Assembly (NCBI GenBank): GCA_040954595.2
Contig: CM082582.2
Span: forward strand, 682,001-746,000
Length of the DNA stretch: 64,000 nucleotides
Reading direction: 5' to 3'
From: Balanoglossus misakiensis
Taxonomy: Eukaryota > Animalia > Hemichordata
Under the pieces are notes generated by a model. That model had not been told where the DNA came from, did not search any database, and saw nothing but the letters and a program-made list of their open reading frames with translations. How positions within the stretch are numbered: position 1 is the first letter of the stretch; each line of letters opens with the position of its first letter. Positions 10,201 through 25,200 of the stretch are shown here, in pieces. The position numbers and the translations under genes were made by a program.

Positions 10201-13200
10201 GCTCTAGAGTGCCGGGGCTTTATCCAACCCATGCCGTAGAAAATCTGACTTGATCACCGTTGCTAACGTACGCTAGTGTCTGTCATATTGTGACGGAGAT
10301 TTAGCCGAGCCAGGCCGTAGAAAAATCGACTTGTTCAACGTTACCAGTGTGCAACTGTTTCTGCTCTAGAGTGTCAGGGTTTTAGCCGACTTATGCTGTA
10401 GGAAATCTGAGTTGATGACGGGAATTCAATGTTAGAAAACCCGTGTGGAAAGTATCTCTACCCGTTTGAAACTAAGAAAAGAATTTATTCTTATTTATTT
10501 TGTAAAAAAGACAATTTTTCGAAAAAAAGTCGAAAAATTGCAATTTTGTCTTGGGTGATTCAAATTATACCGCCTTTTCTGGAATTTGCAGCACTTTTTA
10601 CAAGAGAACGACACTTCATGCTCCATAATATTTCCGAAAATGAAGAAAAGAGTTTATTTTTTATGATTTTTTAAAAATGTACCATTTTGTCAAAATATGG
10701 CCAAAATGGCTATTTTTTCTTGAATTCCGTCAATATCTCTGCATTTTTGGAGTGGTCGAAAGTTTTAACATACAATCAACATGTCATATATGATCAGGGC
10801 ACCAAATTCGAAGAACGAAGGTTTTTTTTATTTTATTTTTCTAAAAATGACATTTTCAAGAAAAATTTGGTAAAACGCAATTTTGTCTGCAGTGAGCCAA
10901 ATCAGACGGTCTTTTGTGGAATTTGTATCGATATATATATACGAAGAGCATTCTATACTCCATCAGATTTCCGAAAATGTAGAAAACGGGTATTTTTTGT
11001 AATTTTCAAAAATTTACCATTTTGACCAAATTGTGGTTAAAATTGTTATTTTCGTGTTGAATGCCGCCAGTGTCACTGCTTTTAAAAGTCATAAAAACTT
11101 TTAACATGCAAGCAATTGCTTATATATGATCAGGCCACCGAATTAAAAAAATAAAGAATGTTTTGCCTAAAAATGACCTTTTTGGTGCAAAAACGAATAA
11201 AACGCAATTTTGTATTAAATCAGCTCATTCAGAGTGCATTTTTTATTATCAGCACCATTTTTACATATATTGGAAATTTCATACATCATCAGATATCCAA
11301 ATATGAAAAAATGATTTAGATTTTAGATGATTGTCCAAAATTAGCTGATATCTAATAAATGTAGTATTGAACCGTTCTGCCCCCCCCCCCCTACATTATA
11401 TGCGGTACGCCGATGTCAGCTTACCCGGCAGTACTGCAGGCCGTGCCCCCAAATAACGTCGGTGTTTGAAACGCCCTGGTTAAATTCGGGCTTTCTCTAT
11501 AAATTGACAGGCAATAATGCAGTCCTACCCGAACAAATGTCGAGTGTTGACCCGCTGTGACTTTCCCTCTTCGGTTTGCCCGACTTAGCCAACGTCTTTG
11601 TACTAATGTGTCGGGTCTTTTGCAGAGCCAGGCCGAAGGAAATCCGACTTGATCACCGTTGCTAACGAACGCTAGTGTCTGTCATGGTGTGCCGGGGTTT
11701 TAGTCGAGCCAGGCCGTAGGAGATCTGACTTGATCATCGTGGTCAATGTACGCGTGTTTCCGCTCTAAAGTGCCGGGGCTTCAGCTAAACCATGCCGTAG
11801 GAAATCCGACGTAATCACCGTTGATAACTTACGCCAGTCTGTGTCATATAGAGCCGGTGCACCAGCCGAGTCACGCCGTAGGAAATCTTACTTGATCAAC
11901 GTGGTCAATGTACGCCTGTTTCTGCTCTAGAGTGCCGGGGCTTCAGCTGAGCCAGGCCGTGGGAAACCCGACGTGATTACCGTTGTTAACTTACGCCAGT
12001 TTGTGTCCTATATATAGTGCCGGGGCATCAGCCGTGCCAGGCCGAAGGAAATGTGAGTAGATCAACGTGGTCTCTGTACGCGTGTTTCTGCTCTAGAGTG
12101 CCAGGGCTTTAGCCAAGCCATGCCGTAGGAAATCTGACTTGATCAACGTTGCTAACGAACGCTAATGTCTGTCATAGTGTGCCGGGGTTTTAGTCGAGCC
12201 AAGCCGTAGGAGATCAGACTTGATCAACGTGGTCTCTGTACGCGTGTTTCTGCTCTAGAGTGCCGGGGCTTTATCCAACCCATGCCGTAGAAAATCTGAC
12301 TTGATCACCGTTGCTAACGTACGCTAGTGTCTGTCATATTGTGACGGAGATTTAGCCGAGCCAGGCCGTAGAAAAATCGACTTGTTCAACGTTACCAGTG
12401 TGCAACTGTTTCTGCTCTAGAGTGTCAGGGTTTTAGCCGACTTATGCTGTAGGAAATCTGAGTTGATGAACGGGAATTCAATGTTAGAAAACCCGTGTGG
12501 AAAGTATCTCTACCCGTTTGAAACTAAGAAAAGAATTTATTCTTATTTATTTTGTAAAAAAGACAATTTTTCGAAAAAAAGTCGAAAAATTGCAATTTTG
12601 TCTTGGGTGATTCAAATTATACCGCCTTTTCTGGAATTTGCAGCACTTTTTACAAGAGAACGACACTTCATGCTCCATAATATTTCCGAAAATGAAGAAA
12701 AGAGTTAATTTTTTATGATTTTTCAAAAATTTACCATTTTTGTCAAAATATGGCCAAAATGGCTATTTTTCTTGAATTCCGTCAATATCTCTGCATTTTT
12801 GGAGTGGTCGAGAGTTTTAACATACAATCAACATGTCATATATGATCAGGGCACCAAATTCGAAGAATAAAGGTTTTTTTATTTTTTTTTCTAAAAATGA
12901 CATTTTCAAGAAAAATTTGGTAAAACGCAATTTTGTCTGCAGTGAGCCAAATTAGACGGTCTTTTGTGGAATTTGTATCGATATATACATACGAAGGGCA
13001 TTCTATACTCCATCAGATTTCCGAAAATGTAGAAAACAGGTATTTTTTGTAATTTTCAAAAATTTACCATTTTGACCAAATTGTGGCTAAAATTGTTATT
13101 TTCGTGATGAATGCCGCCAGTGTCACTGCTTTTAAAAGCCATAAAAACTTTTAACACACAAGCAATTGTTTATATATGATCAGGTCACCGAATTAAAAAT

Positions 13201-16200
13201 ATAAAGAATGTTTTGCCTAAAAATGACCTTTTTGGTGCAAAAACGAATAAAACGCAATCTTTTATTAAATCAGTTCATTCAGAGTGCATGTTTTATAATA
13301 AGCACCATTTTTACATATAATGGAAATTTCATACATCATCAGATATCCAAATATGAAAAAATGATTTAGATTTTAGATGATTGTCCAAAATTAGCTGATA
13401 TCTAATAAATGTAGTATTGAACCGTTCTGTCCCCCCCCCCCCCTTACATTATATGCGGTACGCCGATGTCAGCTTACCCGGCAGTACTGTAGGCCGTGCC
13501 CCCAACAAACGTCGGTGTTTGAAACGCCCTGGTTAAATTCGGGCTCTCTCTATAAATTGACAGGCAATAATGCAGTCCTACCCGAACAAATGTCGAGTGT
13601 TGACCCGCTGTGACTTTCCCTCTTCGGTTTGCCCGACTTAGCCAACGTCTTTGTACTAATGTGTCGGGTCTTTTGCAGAGCCAGGCCGAAGGAAATCCGA
13701 CTTGATCACCGTTGCTAACGAACGCTAGTGTCTGTCATGGTGTGCCGGGGTTTTAGTCGAGCCAGGCCGTAGGAGATCTGACTTGATCATCGTGGTCAAT
13801 GTACGCGTGTTTCCGCTCTAAAGTGCCGGGGCTTCAGCTAAACCATGCCGTAGGAAATCCGACGTAATCACCGTTGATAACTTACGCCAGTCTGTGTCAT
13901 ATAGAGCCGGTGCACCAGCCGAATCACGCCGTAGGAAATCTGACTTGATCAACGTGGTCAATGTACGCCTGTTTCTGCTCTAGAGTGCCGGGGCTTCAGC
14001 TGAGCCAGGCCGTAGGAAACCCGACGTGATTACCGTTGTTAACTTACGCCAGTCTGTGTCCTATATATAGTGCCGGGGCATCAGCCGTGCCAGGCCGAAG
14101 GAAATGTGAGTAGATCAACGTGGTCTCTGTACGCGTGTTTCTGCTCTAGAGTGCCGGGGCTTTATCCAAGCCATGCCGTAGAAAATCTGACTTGATCACC
14201 GTTGCTAACGTACGATAGTGTCTGTCATAGTGTGCCGGGGTTTTAGTCGAGCCAAGCCGTAGGAGATCAGACTTCATCAACGTGGTCTCTGTACGCGTGT
14301 TTCTGCTCTAGAGTGCCGGGGCTTTATCCAAGCCATGCCGTAGAAAATCTGACTTGATCACCGTTGCTAACGTACGCTAGTGTCTGTCATATTGTGACGG
14401 AGATTTAGCCGAGCCAGGCCGTAGAAAAATCGACTTGTTCAACGTTACCAGTGTGCAACTGTTTCTGCTCTAGAGTGTCAGGGTTTTAGCCGACTTATGC
14501 TGTAGGAAATCTGAGTTGATGAACGGGAATTCAATGTTAGAAAACCCGTGTGGAAAGTATCTCCTCCCGTTTGAAACTAAGAAAAGAATTTATTCTTATT
14601 TATTTTGTTAAAAAGACAATTTTTCGAAAAAAAGTCGAAAATGGTAATTTTGTCTTGGGTGATTCAAATTATACCACCTTTTCTGGAATTTGCAGCACTT
14701 TTTACAAGAGAACGACACTTCATGCTCCATAATATTTCCGAAAATGAAGAAAATAGTTAATTTTTTATGATTTTTTAAAAATTTACCATTTTTGTCAAAA
14801 TATGGCCAAAATGGCTATTTTTTCTTGAATTCCGTCAATATCTCTGCATTTTTGGAGTGGTCGAAAGTTTTAACATACAATCAACATGTCATATATGATC
14901 AGGGCACCACATTTGAAGAACAAAGGTTTTTTTATTTTTTTTTCTAAAAATGACATTTTCAAGGAAAATTTGGTAAAACGCAATTTTGTCTGCAGTGAGC
15001 CAAATTAGACGGTCTTTTGTGGAATTTGTATCGATATATACATACGAAGAGCATTCTATACTCCATCAGATTTCCAAAAATGTAGAAAACAGGTATTTTT
15101 TGTAATTTTCAAAAATTTACCATTTTGACCAAATTGTGGCTAAAATTGTTATTTTCGTGTTGAATGCCGCCAGTGTCACTGCTTTTAAAAGTCATAAAAA
15201 CTTTTAACATACAAGCAATTGTTTATATATGATCAGGTCACCGAATTAAAAAAATAAAGAATGTTTTGCCTAAAAATGACCTTTTTGGTGCAAAAACGAA
15301 TAAAACGCAATTTTGTATTAAATCAGCTCATTCAGAGTGCATTTTTTATAATCAGCACCATTTTTACATTTATTGGAAATTTCATACATCATCAGATATC
15401 CAAATATGAAAAAATGATTTAGATTTTAGATGATTGTCCAAAATTAGCTGATATCTAATAAATGTAGTATTGAACCGTTCTGTCCCCCCCCCCCCTACAT
15501 TATATGCGGTACGCCGATGTCAGCTTACCCGGCAGTACTGCAGGCCGTGCCCCCAAATAACGTCGGTGTGTGAAACGCCCTGGTTAAATTCGGGCTTTCT
15601 CTATAAATTAACAGGCAATAATGCAGTCCTACCCGAACAAATGTCGAGTGTTGACCCGCTGTGACTTTCCCTCTTCGGTTTGCCCGACTTAGCCAACGTC
15701 TTTGTACTAATGTGTCGGGTCTTTTGCAGAGCCAGGCCGAAGGAAATCCGACTTGATCACCGTTGCTAACGAACGCTAGTGTCTGTCATGGTGTGCCGGG
15801 GTTTTAGTCGAGCCAGGCCGTAGGAGATCTGACTTGATCATCGTGGTCAATGTACGCGTGTTTCCGCTCTAAAGTGCCGGGGCTTCAGCTAAACCATGCC
15901 GTAGGAAATCCGACGTAATCACCGTTGATAACTTACGCCAGTCTGTGTCATATAGAGCCGGTGCACCAGCCGAATCACGCCGTAGGAAATCTGACTTGAT
16001 CAACGTGGTCAATGTACGCCTGTTTCTGCTCTAGAGTGCCGGGGCTTCAGCTGAGCCAGGCCGTAGGAAACCCGACGTGATTACCGTTGTTAACTTACGC
16101 CAGTCTGTGTCCTATATATAGTGCCGGGGCATCAGCCGTGCCAGGCCGAAGGAAATGTGAGTAGATCAACGTGGTCTCTGTACGCGTGTTTCTGCTCTAG

Positions 16201-19200
16201 AGTGCCGGGGCTTTATCCAAGCCATGCCGTAGAAAATCTGACTTGATCACCGTTGCTAACGTACGATAGTGTCTGTCATAGTGTGCCGGGGTTTTAGTCG
16301 AGCCAAGCCGTAGGAGATCAGACTTCATCAACGTGGTCTCTGTACGCGTGTTTCTGCTCTAGAGTGCCGGGGCTTTATCCAAGCCATGCCGTAGAAAATC
16401 TGACTTGATCACCGTTGCTAACGTACGCTAGTGTCTGTCATATTGTGACGGAGATTTAGCCGAGCCAGGCCGTAGAAAAATCGACTTGTTCAACGTTACC
16501 AGTGTGCAACTGTTTCTGCTCTAGAGTGTCAGGGTTTTAGCCGACTTATGCTGTAGGAAATCTGAGTTGATGAACGGGAATTCAATGTTAGAAAACCCGT
16601 GTGGAAAGTATCTCTACCCGTTTGAAACTAAGAAAAGAATTTATTCTTATTTATTTTGTAAAAAAGACAATTTTTCGAAAAAAAGTCGAAAAATTGCAAT
16701 TTTGTCTTGGGTGATTCAAATTATACCGCCTTTTCTGGAATTTGCAGCACTTTTTACAAGAGAACGACACTTCATGCTCCATAATATTTCCGAAAATGAA
16801 GAAAAGAGTTAATTTTTTATGATTTTTCAAAAATTTACCATTTTTGTCAAAATATGGCCAAAATGGCTATTTTTCTTGAATTCCGTCAATATCTCTGCAT
16901 TTTTGGAGTGGTCGAGAGTTTTAACATACAATCAACATGTCATATATGATCAGGGCACCAAATTCGAAGAATAAAGGTTTTTTTATTTTTTTTTCTAAAA
17001 ATGACATTTTCAAGAAAAATTTGGTAAAACGCAATTTTGTCTGCAGTGAGCCAAATTAGACGGTCTTTTGTGGAATTTGTATCGATATATACATACGAAG
17101 GGCATTCTATACTCCATCAGATTTCCGAAAATGTAGAAAACAGGTATTTTTTGTAATTTTCAAAAATTTACCATTTTGACCAAATTGTGGCTAAAATTGT
17201 TATTTTCGTGATGAATGCCGCCAGTGTCACTGCTTTTAAAAGCCATAAAAACTTTTAACACACAAGCAATTGTTTATATATGATCAGGTCACCGAATTAA
17301 AAATATAAAGAATGTTTTGCCTAAAAATGACCTTTTTGGTGCAAAAACGAATAAAACGCAATCTTTTATTAAATCAGTTCATTCAGAGTGCATGTTTTAT
17401 AATAAGCACCATTTTTACATATAATGGAAATTTCATACATCATCAGATATCCAAATATGAAAAAATGATTTAGATTTTAGATGATTGTCCAAAATTAGCT
17501 GATATCTAATAAATGTAGTATTGAACCGTTCTGTCCCCCCCCCCCCTTACATTATATGCGGTACGCCGATGTCAGCTTACCCGGCAGTACTGTAGGCCGT
17601 GCCCCCAACAAACGTCGGTGTTTGAAACGCCCTGGTTAAATTCGGGCTCTCTCTATAAATTGACAGGCAATAATGCAGTCCTACCCGAACAAATGTCGAG
17701 TGTTGACCCGCTGTGACTTTCCCTCTTCGGTTTGCCCGACTTAGCCAACGTCTTTGTACTAATGTGTCGGGTCTTTTGCAGAGCCAGGCCGAAGGAAATC
17801 CGACTTGATCACCGTTGCTAACGAACGCTAGTGTCTGTCATGGTGTGCCGGGGTTTTAGTCGAGCCAGGCCGTAGGAGATCTGACTTGATCATCGTGGTC
17901 AATGTACGCGTGTTTCCGCTCTAAAGTGCCGGGGCTTCAGCTAAACCATGCCGTAGGAAATCCGACGTAATCACCGTTGATAACTTACGCCAGTCTGTGT
18001 CATATAGAGCCGGTGCACCAGCCGAATCACGCCGTAGGAAATCTGACTTGATCAACGTGGTCAATGTACGCCTGTTTCTGCTCTAGAGTGCCGGGGCTTC
18101 AGCTGAGCCAGGCCGTAGGAAACCCGACGTGATTACCGTTGTTAACTTACGCCAGTCTGTGTCCTATATATAGTGCCGGGGCATCAGCCGTGCCAGGCCG
18201 AAGGAAATGTGAGTAGATCAACGTGGTCTCTGTACGCGTGTTTCTGCTCTAGAGTGCCGGGGCTTTATCCAAGCCATGCCGTAGAAAATCTGACTTGATC
18301 ACCGTTGCTAACGTACGATAGTGTCTGTCATAGTGTGCCGGGGTTTTAGTCGAGCCAAGCCGTAGGAGATCAGACTTCATCAACGTGGTCTCTGTACGCG
18401 TGTTTCTGCTCTAGAGTGCCGGGGCTTTATCCAAGCCATGCCGTAGAAAATCTGACTTGATCACCGTTGCTAACGTACGCTAGTGTCTGTCATATTGTGA
18501 CGGAGATTTAGCCGAGCCAGGCCGTAGAAAAATCGACTTGTTCAACGTTACCAGTGTGCAACTGTTTCTGCTCTAGAGTGTCAGGGTTTTAGCCGACTTA
18601 TGCTGTAGGAAATCTGAGTTGATGAACGGGAATTCAATGTTAGAAAACCCGTGTGGAAAGTATCTCCTCCCGTTTGAAACTAAGAAAAGAATTTATTCTT
18701 ATTTATTTTGTTAAAAAGACAATTTTTCGAAAAAAAGTCGAAAATGGTAATTTTGTCTTGGGTGATTCAAATTATACCACCTTTTCTGGAATTTGCAGCA
18801 CTTTTTACAAGAGAACGACACTTCATGCTCCATAATATTTCCGAAAATGAAGAAAATAGTTAATTTTTTATGATTTTTTAAAAATTTACCATTTTTGTCA
18901 AAATATGGCCAAAATGGCTATTTTTTCTTGAATTCCGTCAATATCTCTGCATTTTTGGAGTGGTCGAAAGTTTTAACATACAATCAACATGTCATATATG
19001 ATCAGGGCACCACATTTGAAGAACAAAGGTTTTTTTATTTTTTTTTCTAAAAATGACATTTTCAAGGAAAATTTGGTAAAACGCAATTTTGTCTGCAGTG
19101 AGCCAAATTAGACGGTCTTTTGTGGAATTTGTATCGATATATACATACGAAGAGCATTCTATACTCCATCAGATTTCCAAAAATGTAGAAAACAGGTATT

Positions 19201-22200
19201 TTTTGTAATTTTCAAAAATTTACCATTTTGACCAAATTGTGGCTAAAATTGTTATTTTCGTGTTGAATGCCGCCAGTGTCACTGCTTTTAAAAGTCATAA
19301 AAACTTTTAACATACAAGCAATTGTTTATATATGATCAGGTCACCGAATTAAAAAAATAAAGAATGTTTTGCCTAAAAATGACCTTTTTGGTGCAAAAAC
19401 GAATAAAACGCAATTTTGTATTAAATCAGCTCATTCAGAGTGCATTTTTTATAATCAGCACCATTTTTACATTTATTGGAAATTTCATACATCATCAGAT
19501 ATCCAAATATGAAAAAATGATTTAGATTTTAGATGATTGTCCAAAATTAGCTGATATCTAATAAATGTAGTATTGAACCGTTCTGTCCCCCCCCCCCCCT
19601 ACATTATATGCGGTACGCCGATGTCAGCTTACCCGGCAGTACTGCAGGCCGTGCCCCCAAATAACGTCGGTGTGTGAAACGCCCTGGTTAAATTCGGGCT
19701 TTCTCTATAAATTAACAGGCAATAATGCAGTCCTACCCGAACAAATGTCGAGTGTTGACCCGCTGTGACTTTCCCTCTTCGGTTTGCCCGACTTAGCCAA
19801 CGTCTTTGTACTAATGTGTCGGGTCTTTTGCAGAGCCAGGCCGAAGGAAATCCGACTTGATCACCGTTGCTAACGAACGCTAGTGTCTGTCATGGTGTGC
19901 CGGGGTTTTAGTCGAGCCAGGCCGTAGGAGATCTGACTTGATCATCGTGGTCAATGTACGCGTGTTTCCGCTCTAAAGTGCCGGGGCTTCAGCTAAACCA
20001 TGCCGTAGGAAATCCGACGTAATCACCGTTGATAACTTACGCCAGTCTGTGTCATATAGAGCCGGTGCACCAGCCGAATCACGCCGTAGGAAATCTGACT
20101 TGATCAACGTGGTCAATGTACGCCTGTTTCTGCTCTAGAGTGCCGGGGCTTCAGCTGAGCCAGGCCGTAGGAAACCCGACGTGATTACCGTTGTTAACTT
20201 ACGCCAGTCTGTGTCCTATATATAGTGCCGGGGCATCAGCCGTGCCAGGCCGAAGGAAATGTGAGTAGATCAACGTGGTCTCTGTACGCGTGTTTCTGCT
20301 CTAGAGTGCCGGGGCTTTATCCAAGCCATGCCGTAGAAAATCTGACTTGATCACCGTTGCTAACGTACGATAGTGTCTGTCATAGTGTGCCGGGGTTTTA
20401 GTCGAGCCAAGCCGTAGGAGATCAGACTTCATCAACGTGGTCTCTGTACGCGTGTTTCTGCTCTAGAGTGCCGGGGCTTTATCCAAGCCATGCCGTAGAA
20501 AATCTGACTTGATCACCGTTGCTAACGTACGCTAGTGTCTGTCATATTGTGACGGAGATTTAGCCGAGCCAGGCCGTAGAAAAATCGACTTGTTCAACGT
20601 TACCAGTGTGCAACTGTTTCTGCTCTAGAGTGTCAGGGTTTTAGCCGACTTATGCTGTAGGAAATCTGAGTTGATGAACGGGAATTCAATGTTAGAAAAC
20701 CCGTGTGGAAAGTATCTCCTCCCGTTTGAAACTAAGAAAAGAATTTATTCTTATTTATTTTGTTAAAAAGACAATTTTTCGAAAAAAAGTCGAAAATGGT
20801 AATTTTGTCTTGGGTGATTCAAATTATACCACCTTTTCTGGAATTTGCAGCACTTTTTACAAGAGAACGACACTTCATGCTCCATAATATTTCCGAAAAT
20901 GAAGAAAATAGTTAATTTTTTATGATTTTTTAAAAATTTACCATTTTTGTCAAAATATGGCCAAAATGGCTATTTTTTCTTGAATTCCGTCAATATCTCT
21001 GCATTTTTGGAGTGGTCGAAAGTTTTAACATACAATCAACATGTCATATATGATCAGGGCACCACATTTGAAGAACAAAGGTTTTTTTATTTTTTTTTCT
21101 AAAAATGACATTTTCAAGGAAAATTTGGTAAAACGCAATTTTGTCTGCAGTGAGCCAAATTAGACGGTCTTTTGTGGAATTTGTATCGATATATACATAC
21201 GAAGAGCATTCTATACTCCATCAGATTTCCAAAAATGTAGAAAACAGGTATTTTTTGTAATTTTCAAAAATTTACCATTTTGACCAAATTGTGGCTAAAA
21301 TTGTTATTTTCGTGTTGAATGCCGCCAGTGTCACTGCTTTTAAAAGTCATAAATACTTTTAACATACAAGCAATTGTTTATATATGATCAGGTCACCGAA
21401 TTAAAAAAATAAAGAATGTTTTGCCTAAAAATGACCTTTTTGGTGCAAAAACGAATAAAACGCAATTTTGTATTAAATCAGCTCATTCAGAGTGCATTTT
21501 TTATAATCAGCACCATTTTTACATTTATTGGAAATTTCATACATCATCAGATATCCAAATATGAAAAAATGATTTAGATTTTAGATGATTGTCCAAAATT
21601 AGCTGATATCTAATAAATGTAGTATTGAACCGTTCTGTCCCCCCTACATTATATGCGGTACGCCGATGTTAGCTTACCCGGCAGTACTGCAGGCCGTGCC
21701 CCCAAATAACGTCGGTGTGTGAAACGCCCTGGTTAAATTCGGGCTTTCTCTATAAATTAACAGGCAATAATGCAGTCCTACCCGAACAAATGTCGAGTGT
21801 TGACCCGCTGTGACTTTCCCTCTTCGGTTTGCCCGACTTAGCCAACGTCTTTGTACTAATGTGTCGGGTCTTTTGCAGAGCCAGGCCGAAGGAAATCCGA
21901 CTTGATCACCGTTGCTAACGAACGCTAGTGTCTGTCATGGTGTGCCGGGGTTTTAGTCGAGCCAGGCCGTAGGAGATCTGACTTGATCATCGTGGTCAAT
22001 GTACGCGTGTTTCCGCTCTAAAGTGCCGGGGCTTCAGCTAAACCATGCCGTAGGAAATCCGACGTAATCACCGTTGATAACTTACGCCAGTCTGTGTCAT
22101 ATAGAGCCGGTGCACCAGCCGAATCACGCCGTAGGAAATCTGACTTGATCAACGTGGTCAATGTACGCCTGTTTCTGCTCTAGAGTGCCGGGGCTTCAGC

Positions 22201-25200
22201 TGAGCCAGGCCGTAGGAAACCCGACGTGATTACCGTTGTTAACTTACGCCAGTCTGTGTCCTATATATAGTGCCGGGGCATCAGCCGTGCCAGGCCGAAG
22301 GAAATGTGAGTAGATCAACGTGGTCTCTGTACGCGTGTTTCTGCTCTAGAGTGCCGGGGCTTTATCCAAGCCATGCCGTAGAAAATCTGACTTGATCACC
22401 GTTGCTAACGTACGATAGTGTCTGTCATAGTGTGCCGGGGTTTTAGTCGAGCCAAGCCGTAGGAGATCAGACTTCATCAACGTGGTCTCTGTACGCGTGT
22501 TTCTGCTCTAGAGTGCCGGGGCTTTATCCAAGCCATGCCGTAGAAAATCTGACTTGATCACCGTTGCTAACGTACGCTAGTGTCTGTCATATTGTGACGG
22601 AGATTTAGCCGAGCCAGGCCGTAGAAAAATCGACTTGTTCAACGTTACCAGTGTGCAACTGTTTCTGCTCTAGAGTGTCAGGGTTTTAGCCGACTTATGC
22701 TGTAGGAAATCTGAGTTGATGAACGGGAATTCAATGTTAGAAAACCCGTGTGGAAAGTATCTCCTCCCGTTTGAAACTAAGAAAAGAATTTATTCTTATT
22801 TATTTTGTTAAAAAGACAATTTTTCGAAAAAAAGTCGAAAATGGTAATTTTGTCTTGGGTGATTCAAATTATACCACCTTTTCTGGAATTTGCAGCACTT
22901 TTTACAAGAGAACGACACTTCATGCTCCATAATATTTCCGAAAATGAAGAAAATAGTTAATTTTTTATGATTTTTTAAAAATTTACCATTTTTGTCAAAA
23001 TATGGCCAAAATGGCTATTTTTTCTTGAATTCCGTCAATATCTCTGCATTTTTGGAGTGGTCGAAAGTTTTAACATACAATCAACATGTCATATATGATC
23101 AGGGCACTAAATTTGAAGAACAAAGGTTTTTTTATTTTTTTTTCTAAAAATGACATTTTCAAGGAAAATTTGGTAAAACGCAATTTTGTCTGCAGTGAGC
23201 CAAATTAGACGGTCTTTTGTGGAATTTGTATCGATATATACATACGAAGAGCATTCTATACTCCATCAGATTTCCAAAAATGTAGAAAACAGGTATTTTT
23301 TGTAATTTTCAAAAATTTACCATTTTGACCAAATTGTGGCTAAAATTGTTATTTTCGTGTTGAATGCCGCCAGTGTCACTGCTTTTAAAAGTCATAAAAA
23401 CTTTTAACATACAAGCAATTGTTTATATATGATCAGGTCACCGAATTAAAAAAATAAAGAATGTTTTGCCTAAAAATGACCTTTTTGGTGCAAAAACGAA
23501 TAAAACGCAATTTTGTATTAAATCAGCTCATTCAGAGTGCATTTTTTATAATCAGCACCATTTTTACATTTATTGGAAATTTCATACATCATCAGATATC
23601 CAAATATGAAAAAATGATTTAGATTTTAGATGATTGTCCAAAATTAGCTGATATCTAATAAATGTAGTATTGAACCGTTCTGTCCCCCCCCCCCCCCTAC
23701 ATTATATGCGGTACGCCGATGTCAGCTTACCCGGCAGTACTGCAGGCCGTGCCCCCAAATAACGTCGGTGTGTGAAACGCCCTGGTTAAATTCGGGCTTT
23801 CTCTATAAATTAACAGGCAATAATGCAGTCCTACCCGAACAAATGTCGAGTGTTGACCCGCTGTGACTTTCCCTCTTCGGTTTGCCCGACTTAGCCAACG
23901 TCTTTGTACTAATGTGTCGGGTCTTTTGCAGAGCCAGGCCGAAGGAAATCCGACTTGATCACCGTTGCTAACGAACGCTAGTGTCTGTCATGGTGTGCCG
24001 GGGTTTTAGTCGAGCCAGGCCGTAGGAGATCTGACTTGATCATCGTGGTCAATGTACGCGTGTTTCCGCTCTAAAGTGCCGGGGCTTCAGCTAAACCATG
24101 CCGTAGGAAATCCGACGTAATCACCGTTGATAACTTACGCCAGTCTGTGTCATATAGAGCCGGTGCACCAGCCGAATCACGCCGTAGGAAATCTGACTTG
24201 ATCAACGTGGTCAATGTACGCCTGTTTCTGCTCTAGAGTGCCGGGGCTTCAGCTGAGCCAGGCCGTAGGAAACCCGACGTGATTACCGTTGTTAACTTAC
24301 GCCAGTCTGTGTCCTATATATAGTGCCGGGGCATCAGCCGTGCCAGGCCGAAGGAAATGTGAGTAGATCAACGTGGTCTCTGTACGCGTGTTTCTGCTCT
24401 AGAGTGCCGGGGCTTTATCCAAGCCATGCCGTAGAAAATCTGACTTGATCACCGTTGCTAACGTACGATAGTGTCTGTCATAGTGTGCCGGGGTTTTAGT
24501 CGAGCCAAGCCGTAGGAGATCAGACTTCATCAACGTGGTCTCTGTACGCGTGTTTCTGCTCTAGAGTGCCGGGGCTTTATCCAAGCCATGCCGTAGAAAA
24601 TCTGACTTGATCACCGTTGCTAACGTGCGCTAGTGTCTGTCATATTGTGAAGGAGATTTAGCCGAGCCAGGCCGTAGAAAAATCGACTTGTTCAACGTTA
24701 CCAGTGTGCAACTGTTTCTGCTCTAGAGTGTCAGGGTTTTAGCCGACTTATGCTGTAGGAAATCTGAGTTGATGAACGGGAATTCAATGTTAGAAAACCC
24801 GTGTGGAAAGTATCTCCTCCCGTTTGAAACTAAGAAAAGAATTTATTCTTATTTATTTTGTTAAAAAGACAATTTTTCGAAAAAAAGTCGAAAATGGTAA
24901 TTTTGTCTTGGGTGATTCAAATTATACCACCTTTTCTGGAATTTGCAGCACTTTTTACAAGAGAACGACACTTCATGCTCCATAATATTTCCGAAAATGA
25001 AGAAAATAGTTAATTTTTTATGATTTTTTAAAAATTTACCATTTTTGTCAAAATATGGCCAAAATGGCTATTTTTTCTTGAATTCCGTCAATATCTCTGC
25101 ATTTTTGGAGTGGTCGAAAGTTTTAACATACAATCAACATGTCATATATGATCAGGGCACCACATTTGAAGAACAAAGGTTTTTTTATTTTTTTTTTCTA

